This document shows, one piece after another, positions 56,358-64,000 of a stretch of DNA of 64,000 bases (positions are counted from its first letter, which is position 1; each line of letters begins with the position of its first letter). Where the stretch lies: NCBI GenBank assembly GCA_024684115.1, contig JAIKXP010000082.1:25975-89974 (forward strand), in the 5' to 3' direction. The position numbers and the translations under genes are program-made. This DNA comes from Sphaerochaetaceae bacterium. GTDB lineage: Bacteria; Spirochaetota; Spirochaetia; Sphaerochaetales; Sphaerochaetaceae. The notes beneath the pieces were generated by a model. The model was not told the origin of the DNA, did no database searches, and saw nothing but the letters and a program-made list of their open reading frames with translations.

Positions 56358-58924
56358 TCTGAAGCTTCTTCCTTCAGCCGTGAAAGCAGGATAAGAGCCT
56401 GCACCGGCGTCATCTGCTCAGGGTTACAATCCCTGAGCTCTTTTATTATGTCAGAAGTCCTGTACGGAAGTTCGCTCTCTGCTGCTTCACTTACACCATC
56501 TTCCTGAGCAAAAAGACTACCCTGCCTGTTCACCCCGTAATCAGCAAAATGCCTGTTCTGGAAGCTCTGAGCCTCCCTTATGACCGGGTAAGGCACTCCG
56601 GCAAGTTTTGCAACATGGATTCCGTAACTTGAGTTTGCAGCTCCTTCTATCATCTTTCTGAGGAAAACAACATTCTTTCCCGAGTCTTCAACGGCTGGGG
56701 TGAGAAGCCTTATTCCGCTCATATCCATCATGGTAAGCTCGTGGTAGTGTGTGGCAAAGAGTGTCTTTACGTTCTTTGAGATGAGGTTCTTCATTATTGC
56801 ATATGCCAGAGACATTCCGTCCTGGGTGCTCGTGCCCCTTCCAACTTCATCTACTATTACAAAGCTCCTCTGTGTACAGTTTCTCAGAATATAGGCAGTC
56901 TCCTGCATCTCTACAAGGAAGGTTGACTCTCCCCTTGCAAGGTTATCCATGGCTCCGACCCTGCAGAAGATCTTATCGGTAAGTCCTATTACGGCCCTTG
57001 AAGCCGGTACGTAGCTTCCTATATGGGAGAGAAGGATTATGAGGGCATTCTGCCTGAGGTAGGTTGATTTACCTGCCATATTTGGGCCAGTTATAAGGCA
57101 GAAGCGCCTCTTCATATCAAGATCATTTGATACGAACTTCCCCGGTCCCAGGTGCTTTTCTACAACAGGATGGCGCCCGCCATAGATTTCAAGTACATCT
57201 TCTTCCTTCATCTGAGGACAGGTATAGTCACTGTCAACAGCAAGGGTTGAAAGACCCTGATATACATCAAGAAGGCTCATGAAGGAGCCCATGGCATTTA
57301 AAATATCTGATATATCCTGGACGGCGGAGAGAAGTGAGTTATAGATTTCCCTCTCCCTCTCTTCTGCCCTTTCTGACGCAAGGGATATTTCTTTCTCATA
57401 CTCCCTGAGTTTTTCGGTGGTAAAACGCTCACCGTTTACAAGGGTCTGAATCCTGACGTAGTTCAGCGGTGCACGGGTTACCTGCCCTTTTGGTATTTCA
57501 AGGTAGTAGCCGTAAACCCTGTTGTATCCGAGTTTCAGTATGGACAGACCGCTTGACTTCTTTTCTTCTTCAAGGTAGTCGGAGAGGACGGAGTTGCTGT
57601 TTTCCATAAGTAGACGCTGCTCATCAAGAACGCTGTCATAGCCGTCCCTGATTACTTCTCCGGCATTGAACTGACCCAGAAAGTCTTCATTTACAGCCTT
57701 ATCTATCTCCTGCATTAGTGAATAGGCTCTTTCCAGCTTTGAACTATCTGAAAGGACATTCTCAAAGAGGGATGAGTATCTGGACGGGTCTTCAGAGATA
57801 ATGCTGAAGAAGGTTCCGATAGACTGCTTTATGCCGGTAAGGTCCCTTGGAACGGCCCTTTTGAGGATTATTCTGGTAATAAGGCGCTTCAGGTCCCGGG
57901 CTCCGGATATGAGGTCCCTGACCCTTTTAAGCTCATCTGAGTTTTTGTAGAAATAGCTTACCCACTTCTGTCTTTCCTCAATGAGGGAAAGGTTGTGAAG
58001 CGGAAAATTAAGCCAGTTCTTAAGAAGTCTTGTTCCTGAATTTGTGCGGCACCTGTTTATGGTATCAAAAAGAGAATCTGAAGATGATCCGTCGTAGAGG
58101 TTTCTGAAAAGCTCCAGGTTCTTTCTTGAGGATTCATCAATTGAAACGTAGGCATCTTCAGTGTCTACAGTATAGTTACAGATATGGTCCACAGGACTCT
58201 TTGAAGTCTCCCTCACGTATCTTATGAGGGCTCCTGCAGGAGCACATATCCTGTCGTTTTCCTTTATTCCGAATGGAGCAAGGGAGTTCACCCCGGCCTG
58301 CTCACATAGTATCTTATAGCTGTTTTTTACTGTGAAATACCATGGAGCCAGCTTTGTAACCATGGCAGAAGACATATCAACAGCTTCCTTGAAGTCTGAA
58401 TCAAGGAAGTATTCATCTTCACATACGAGCATTTCCTTAGGTCTGATCTGCTCTATCATTGACCTGATTCCTGCTATTCTGTTTTCCCTGTTTATGCTTC
58501 TTAGCCTGAACTCTCCTGTTGAAACATCACAGAATGCACAGGAAGTCTGGAAAACACTGAGTATGTAGCTTGAATCTGTATCATTGAGGAAGTCTTCCTC
58601 TACTACGGTTGCAGGAGTAACTATCCTGATAACCTCACGCCTGGCAAGAGCCTTAGGTGAATTACTCAGGCTCATCTGCTCACAGATTGCTATCTTCTTT
58701 CCTGCATCAAGCAGTCTTTTAAGGTAGTTCTTTACGGCGTGATAAGGAATTCCGCACATGGGGGAATCCCCCTTGTGCGTAAGTGTAAGATTAAGCAGCG
58801 CGGAGACTTCCACGGCGTCCTCATCGAACATCTCATAAAAGTCCCCGAGTCTGAAAAACAGGATCTTGTCAGGATACTCCTGTTTTATTTCCTTATACTG
58901 CTTCATCAAAGGCGTATCTGCCAA
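56354..58924 (-). CDS. mutS: DNA mismatch repair protein MutS
   Basis: TPLMKQYKEIK, FYEMFDEDA mismatch-binding domain. Walker A GPNMAGKSTYLRQ, DEVGRGTST and ATHYHEL. Confidence 0.96.
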   Translation of the reverse strand: MADTPLMKQYKEIKQEYPDKILFFRLGDFYEMFDEDAVEVSALLNLTLTHKGDSPMCGIPYHAVKNYLKRLLDAGKKIAICEQMSLSNSPKALARREVIRIVTPATVVEEDFLNDTDSSYILSVFQTSCAFCDVSTGEFRLRSINRENRIAGIRSMIEQIRPKEMLVCEDEYFLDSDFKEAVDMSSAMVTKLAPWYFTVKNSYKILCEQAGVNSLAPFGIKENDRICAPAGALIRYVRETSKSPVDHICNYTVDTEDAYVSIDESSRKNLELFRNLYDGSSSDSLFDTINRCRTNSGTRLLKNWLNFPLHNLSLIEERQKWVSYFYKNSDELKRVRDLISGARDLKRLITRIILKRAVPRDLTGIKQSIGTFFSIISEDPSRYSSLFENVLSDSSKLERAYSLMQEIDKAVNEDFLGQFNAGEVIRDGYDSVLDEQRLLMENSNSVLSDYLEEEKKSSGLSILKLGYNRVYGYYLEIPKGQVTRAPLNYVRIQTLVNGERFTTEKLREYEKEISLASERAEEREREIYNSLLSAVQDISDILNAMGSFMSLLDVYQGLSTLAVDSDYTCPQMKEEDVLEIYGGRHPVVEKHLGPGKFVSNDLDMKRRFCLITGPNMAGKSTYLRQNALIILLSHIGSYVPASRAVIGLTDKIFCRVGAMDNLARGESTFLVEMQETAYILRNCTQRSFVIVDEVGRGTSTQDGMSLAYAIMKNLISKNVKTLFATHYHELTMMDMSGIRLLTPAVEDSGKNVVFLRKMIEGAANSSYGIHVAKLAGVPYPVIREAQSFQNRHFADYGVNRQGSLFAQEDGVSEAAESELPYRTSDIIKELRDCNPEQMTPVQALILLSRLKEEASD

Positions 58925-58936
58925 AACAGAGCCGCC

Positions 58937-61471
58937 TTAAATAAGTGATGTACTGATGGCAAGAACCAGGTTCATCTGTCCGAAGATGGCTCCTGTTACG
59001 TTCTCAAACTGTCCGTCAACACACTTGAAGTTCTTGACCAGATACAGTCCGAGAGGGAAACCGGAAATCTTAAGCTTAAGACCTGCTCCTGCTGCAAAGT
59101 ACCAGTCCATTCCGTCAGAGAAACCGTATGTGTCTGTAACACCGGTTGCACTGGCAAATACTTCTGCATTGATAATATTCTCTGCGAGAGGATAGCTTAC
59201 CTCAAGCATGTTATCCCACAGGAAGTACTTGTCTGTCATGGATGAGAAGCCTCTTGCTATGGTCATGCCGTCAATGTAAAGCATTTCGTACTTGGTAGCT
59301 CCAGTCTTCGGATCGTGCCATCCCCAGCCACCGTCTTCAGCATTGTAGTAGTACTGAGGAAGCATGATGCTGGCAGAGGTTGTAGCACAGAGCATAATGT
59401 TCTTCTTTGCCTCTTCCGGACCTACTTCAAAGAGCTTGAGATAACCTGAAAGGCTTACCGAACCCTTGATGTAGTTGGAAAGACCACCGAGGAATCCACC
59501 TGCATAGGTTGCGTTTGCACTTGCAACATAACCCTTTGTGGTGTTGTTTACGTAGTCTCTTCCATCCCATGTTGCTCCGACTGTAAATGAGTTGGAGAAC
59601 TGCCATCCTGTGTTGAGGAAGCCGCCTGTCTTCTGACCGTACTGGTAGATGAGCTTCTCATAAGGAGTAAAGTAATCTTCATATACAGCATGGTTCAGGC
59701 TGATTGACAGTCCGCCGGTAAGTGAGAGACGGCCTGCGTTGAATACGTATGTGTAGCCTGTGTTGTAAGCAAGACCGAGAGTATAGAGCTGATAGCTCAT
59801 AAGGTATGCTGATGAAGGATACTTGTAGTTTGAAGCTTCCCATGCCTCTGCACTGCTGTAACCGAGAGGATATGTAAGATTAACAGATCTTCCGTCATAG
59901 AAGTCAGAACCGATACCCTTCTGAAGCTCACCTGAGTAGATGACTCTGGAAAGGTTGAGGCTTATGTTGTTTGACCATCTGATGTTATTGAACCAGCTAT
60001 CTCCGAATGCAAGAGAAATCTTCTGTGTGGTCGGAGAGATTGTGGTGCTGACATCAAGTTTCTGTGCTCTTCCACCCAGGTTCTTTTCTGACCACTGGAG
60101 GAAGCCGGAAATCGGGAAACCTGAAACTGTTGCACCGAAGGTAGCACCGAACTGGAGGTCAATATGGCTGCCCTCTTCAAGGATGAAGTCAATTATGACG
60201 GTGTTCTCTGCAGAACCGGCACGCAGGTTGTAATTAAGATTTGAAAGAAGACCTGTGTTGTAGAGGTTCTGTGCACTTGTTACAAGGTTTGCTCTTGAGA
60301 AGATGTCTCCTTCCTTCATCTGGAGCTCCCTTCTCATGACATATTCCTTTGTATTCTCAAGACCGGTAATGTTGATCTTCTCGATTGTGCTCTGGGCACC
60401 CTCGGTTATTACCATATTGTAACTGACGGTATTTGTCTCTTCATTCCTTGTTTCACTGACATCAATTCCTACCATGATGTAGCCGTTGTCATAGTAAAGT
60501 TCTGCAACTGAAGAAACCTGGTTCTGAACAGCTTCAAGGTTCAGTACGGAGCCTTCCTTGACTGTAAGGAGGCTCTTTATCTGATCATCAGAGAAGACGC
60601 TGTTTCCGCTGAAAGTCATGCCGCCGTAGTTCCACTTTGTACCTTCCTTGATTACGAATGTAAGCTTTACATCCCTGTACTTTGCATTGTCATCTTCAAT
60701 TTCCTCAATGCGCGGTTCCTCAAGAGATACATCAATGAAGCCGACTGTCATGTAGTATCTGGCTATGGACTGATAGTCTGAGATAACCGTATCAATATTA
60801 AGGTAGCCGGATGTGAACAGTCCCTTTACCGTGCTCTTTATCTGCTTCTTCAGTACGGATGCAGCAACATTTTCGTTTCCTTCAAATTGAATATCAACAA
60901 TCCTGCTCTGAATTCCTTCAGTTATGGTAACTTCAAAGGCGACTGTGCCCTTCTCTTCATCTTCTATAATCTTTACGTCAATAGGGATTTCACTGAAACC
61001 CTTTTTATTGTAAAGAGTTGTAATCTTTTCCTTCAGTGTTGTTACTACGCTTGAAACAGGTGTGCTGATAAACTCACCTGTCTTTACAATTTCTTCCGCA
61101 GCGGTGGTAAGATCACTTTTCTTGACCTTAGAATTTCCGAAGAACTTAACTGTATCGAATACAGGATATTCTGTTACCGTAAAGGCAATTTTAACACCTG
61201 TTCCGTTATCATCAAGGGAAGCCTCACTGGCAACTTTTGAGACGCCGGGAATCTCATAGAGTTCATCAATCATCTTTTTAAGAAGGTCCTCTGAATAAGG
61301 CTCTTCCCTGAATGAATATAGTACGTTGTTTATGGCAGCCACAGAAACGTTTTTGGTTCTAGTGACCGCAAATCCCTTTACAGGAAGGCCTGTAAGGGTC
61401 TCTTCAGCAGCAAACAGTGAAGCTGCTGCCAGAAATAAAACGAGAATGAATAAAACAAGTTTCTTTTTCAT
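58937..61471 (-). CDS. bamA: Outer membrane protein assembly factor BamA (Omp85 family)
   Basis: 844 aa. Signal peptide, several POTRA-like repeats (I..I.F.GN...), and a C-terminal beta-barrel ending in an aromatic-rich segment. Confidence 0.88.
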   Translation of the reverse strand: MKKKLVLFILVLFLAAASLFAAEETLTGLPVKGFAVTRTKNVSVAAINNVLYSFREEPYSEDLLKKMIDELYEIPGVSKVASEASLDDNGTGVKIAFTVTEYPVFDTVKFFGNSKVKKSDLTTAAEEIVKTGEFISTPVSSVVTTLKEKITTLYNKKGFSEIPIDVKIIEDEEKGTVAFEVTITEGIQSRIVDIQFEGNENVAASVLKKQIKSTVKGLFTSGYLNIDTVISDYQSIARYYMTVGFIDVSLEEPRIEEIEDDNAKYRDVKLTFVIKEGTKWNYGGMTFSGNSVFSDDQIKSLLTVKEGSVLNLEAVQNQVSSVAELYYDNGYIMVGIDVSETRNEETNTVSYNMVITEGAQSTIEKINITGLENTKEYVMRRELQMKEGDIFSRANLVTSAQNLYNTGLLSNLNYNLRAGSAENTVIIDFILEEGSHIDLQFGATFGATVSGFPISGFLQWSEKNLGGRAQKLDVSTTISPTTQKISLAFGDSWFNNIRWSNNISLNLSRVIYSGELQKGIGSDFYDGRSVNLTYPLGYSSAEAWEASNYKYPSSAYLMSYQLYTLGLAYNTGYTYVFNAGRLSLTGGLSISLNHAVYEDYFTPYEKLIYQYGQKTGGFLNTGWQFSNSFTVGATWDGRDYVNNTTKGYVASANATYAGGFLGGLSNYIKGSVSLSGYLKLFEVGPEEAKKNIMLCATTSASIMLPQYYYNAEDGGWGWHDPKTGATKYEMLYIDGMTIARGFSSMTDKYFLWDNMLEVSYPLAENIINAEVFASATGVTDTYGFSDGMDWYFAAGAGLKLKISGFPLGLYLVKNFKCVDGQFENVTGAIFGQMNLVLAISTSLI

Positions 61472-61497
61472 TCCAAATCTCCTTAATCGGATTCATT

Positions 61498-64000
61498 TTA
61501 AAATGTTAATCTCTTGGAAAAACTGAATCCTATCGTATCCAAAATATCAAAAACCGACAATTCTCCAGGGTGCGTGAACACACTGAAGCTACCCATCGGA
61601 TTTTCCCAGTCAAAGCTGAATTCTATATCGAGGTTGAGGTCATCCGTAAGGAAGTTACCGCCCGAATCAGAAGTATTCTTATTATCAGCCTTAAGCAACA
61701 ATGTAGCCCTTGCAAATACAAGGTCATTGATATACTTACCCACATAAATAGACGTTCCGTCAAGATATCTGGCCATAAGTGACAGGTTCTTTCCGTTAGA
61801 TGCACTTCCCGGAAGGGCCAGTGCAACTATATTTCCCAGAAGGTTGGACCTTATGCTGAAAACATCAAGTCCGAGAGATTCTCTTATACTTCTGGCAACT
61901 GAGAAGCTGTCATTAGACTCCAGGATTCCCAGATTCTGAATTGCATCTGTAGCAGCAACGGCGGCAGAAGCAATTGAAGAAACCGTAACTCCTGTCTCGG
62001 TAGTAGGTATAATCGACTGACCGAGAATCTTGATTATCTCATTTTCAGAGAGAGCCGGAAGGCTTTCAAAACGAGGGGCAATATTATCAAGAGTGGCGTC
62101 CTGCAGTATGAGATATATTTCATACCTTGTTCCGTCGGCATATTCCCTGAGTCTGGCGGTAAGGTTCAGTCCCATATCAAGTGCTCCGGTTGAGGAGGAC
62201 TTGAGTTCCAGGTTTCCTTCCGTTATGACAAAGTCATTGTTAAGGTAGGAAATACGTCCTGACTTGAAGTCAATGTTTCCATCTATCTTTATGTTCTCAG
62301 TCTCTGAGTCATATTGCATCTCAATTGTCTGGTTCTCGGAAAGCGTGAAGTTTATGAAGGAGTTATCTATGGTAGGATAGAAGAACTCCATGTTCTTTCC
62401 TGTCTCCAGCTTGAGATTAATGCTGCAGTAAACGGCAAGTTCATAGAACCACTTAGGCATAGGCGGAAGTTCAAAGTCAACTATGAAGTTCTTTGAATTG
62501 ATATCAAGATCTATTCCGAATACACCGTTGCGGACCCAGAGGATAACATTTCCCCTGACGTCTCCCCTGACATCTATCTCGCCGGCATCAGGACCCAGGT
62601 AGGTAGGCATCCAGAAGTCCATGTATTCATCCGGCTCACTGATAAGGCCTTCCATGGATTCAAGCCCCGACGGACCCAGGGTTGCCTCCATTTTGAATGT
62701 TGCCTTGTAATATCTTCCATCTGCACTGCTGTGCCCGATAAGCGGAGTCGGAGTAATACTGACAACATTGTCATGCAGGACAATGTTCAGGTTACTGAGA
62801 GTCAGTATCTGATCCGGGAAGTAGAATATGTCAAATTCCATCTTCTGTATGGTCAGCAGCCCATATAATGAGAGGTTGTTGACAGGACCCTTGACAAGAA
62901 GTTCTCCGTTGACTGTGCCGCTTAAGATATGTGCAAACGGCATGTTCATGAACTGGTTTACAACGGCAATAGGAAGTGAAAGGTTGGAAAGATGCACGTC
63001 CAGAGTCTCCCCTATGCTTCCCTTTGCGTTGAATCCGATAAGGAAATCCCTTGAAAGATCTATATCAAAAGTACCTGTTGAAAGATTTACGTAACCGCTC
63101 AGCATGTCTCCGTTTATGGAAATATTATCCCTTGAGTAGGTTACGTCAAAACGTGTATCAGGAATGGTGAAACCGTCCCCCAGGTATGCATCCCTGATTC
63201 CAATGCTGAAACCTGCTTCTACGTCAAAACCTGCAAAGGAAAGGGCACCGATTACCAGAGAATCAACCTTTGCGTTAAAGTCGATTGTTGCACCCTGGTA
63301 CACATCTCCTTCCATGTTTTCCATCTTGTTTTCTATGGTTGTAGTTCCGCTTAAAGTTCTTTTTACAAAGTCTATGACGACATCAAAAGCCTTGACGGTA
63401 AGGGTTCCCAGTCTTCCGTCTGTGTTGTACAGGCGCAGGATTCTGTCCTTAAGTCTTGCCTCAAACCTGAAATCTCCAAAACCTGCTTCAGCATAGAAAC
63501 CGTCTCCTCTTGAACCCAGGAGGTTAAGCTTTGCTGTTTTCTCTTCGTTGAGGACTATTTCAATATCAGCATAGTATCTGTTGTCCAGCATGGAACAGAT
63601 TATGTGGTTTGCAGTGCCAGGAATATTGAGGTTTACGCTTCCGACAATATTTGAAGTATCAAAAACGAGGAAGTCCCAGATTTCTCTGTATGTAAAGTTG
63701 ATTTCACCGGAGAAGTCATACTGATACTCTTTTCTTCCTACAGATATCCTGCTCATCAGGAAGGAATTATCTGTGACTGTAATGTCAAAGCCGAAGTGAA
63801 GTATGTCTGAAACTTCAACATAGATTCCCGTTGATGAGAAGCGGAACTTCTGGGATGCAAGGTCAAACATTCCATCAATATCTGCAGTGACCTTGACGAA
63901 CATGGTGTCTGTGAAATAGACCTTAAGATCCTTGATTCCACCGTTCATGTTGATTACCGATCCGCCGTCATAATCTGCATGCAGGGAAAGATCATCTCCA
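61498..64000 (-). CDS. tamB: TamB-like translocation and assembly module protein (AsmA-like/DUF490), C-terminal part. The N-terminus runs off the right edge.
   Basis: Long beta-rich protein with a C-terminus typical of DUF490 (YVGKYINDLVFARATLLLK...). The frame stays open from 63949 to 63999 upstream of the Met at 63948 given in the track. It sits directly upstream of bamA. Confidence 0.7.
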   Translation of the reverse strand, partial: GDDLSLHADYDGGSVINMNGGIKDLKVYFTDTMFVKVTADIDGMFDLASQKFRFSSTGIYVEVSDILHFGFDITVTDNSFLMSRISVGRKEYQYDFSGEINFTYREIWDFLVFDTSNIVGSVNLNIPGTANHIICSMLDNRYYADIEIVLNEEKTAKLNLLGSRGDGFYAEAGFGDFRFEARLKDRILRLYNTDGRLGTLTVKAFDVVIDFVKRTLSGTTTIENKMENMEGDVYQGATIDFNAKVDSLVIGALSFAGFDVEAGFSIGIRDAYLGDGFTIPDTRFDVTYSRDNISINGDMLSGYVNLSTGTFDIDLSRDFLIGFNAKGSIGETLDVHLSNLSLPIAVVNQFMNMPFAHILSGTVNGELLVKGPVNNLSLYGLLTIQKMEFDIFYFPDQILTLSNLNIVLHDNVVSITPTPLIGHSSADGRYYKATFKMEATLGPSGLESMEGLISEPDEYMDFWMPTYLGPDAGEIDVRGDVRGNVILWVRNGVFGIDLDINSKNFIVDFELPPMPKWFYELAVYCSINLKLETGKNMEFFYPTIDNSFINFTLSENQTIEMQYDSETENIKIDGNIDFKSGRISYLNNDFVITEGNLELKSSSTGALDMGLNLTARLREYADGTRYEIYLILQDATLDNIAPRFESLPALSENEIIKILGQSIIPTTETGVTVSSIASAAVAATDAIQNLGILESNDSFSVARSIRESLGLDVFSIRSNLLGNIVALALPGSASNGKNLSLMARYLDGTSIYVGKYINDLVFARATLLLKADNKNTSDSGGNFLTDDLNLDIEFSFDWENPMGSFSVFTHPGELSVFDILDTIGFSFSKRLTF

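Noticed and set aside
1-64000. A search for CRISPR arrays, IS elements or transposases, integrases, toxin-antitoxin pairs, and known defence or secretion gene clusters.
   Set aside because: I saw no repeat-spacer periodicity, no transposase or integrase motifs, and no unexplained multi-gene block. Intergenic space is minimal, and every sizeable ORF is housekeeping or a single hypothetical.

Overview
This window looks like a densely packed core-chromosome segment of a spirochete, probably Treponema-like. The taxonomic call is an inference from a ~900-aa long-form GreA, tamB directly upstream of bamA, and the overall gene content. Almost every gene is housekeeping:
- Left half, mostly + strand: hisS, pcnB-like, prfB (with its +1 frameshift), ftsY, a LolCDE-like ABC set, rnz, tsaC, a uracil permease, tRNA-Thr and tRNA-Tyr, dnaG-rpoD followed by RNase P RNA, and a radical SAM fusion protein.
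- Right half, mostly - strand: mazG; the rpe-dtd-recA-scpAB-rluB-cmk-rpsA operon; greA; the rimP-nusA-infB-rbfA-truB-ribF-rpsO-pnp-dut-lptFG-tgt run; comF; an amino-acid ABC pair; and mutS-bamA-tamB.

I found no mobile elements, CRISPR arrays, prophage genes or recognisable defence islands, and no convincing novel multi-gene system. The leads worth a second look are mostly regulatory or architectural:
- Two short leader ORFs with strong Shine-Dalgarno (SD) sites that end at hairpins, one upstream of the uracil permease and one, His-rich, upstream of the amino-acid transporter.
- Promoter, short leader and terminator arrangements ahead of greA and rimP-nusA.
- A gene-orientation switch near 28 kb with a weak dif-like motif beside it.
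- A few proteins of unknown or degenerate function: a P-loop/Asp23-like fusion, a GH57-like protein lacking catalytic residues, a secreted repeat protein inside the Lol-like operon, a RibF lacking its kinase domain, and a NusA with a C-terminal zinc ribbon.

All family assignments rest on motifs recognised by eye. No searches or folding calculations were run.
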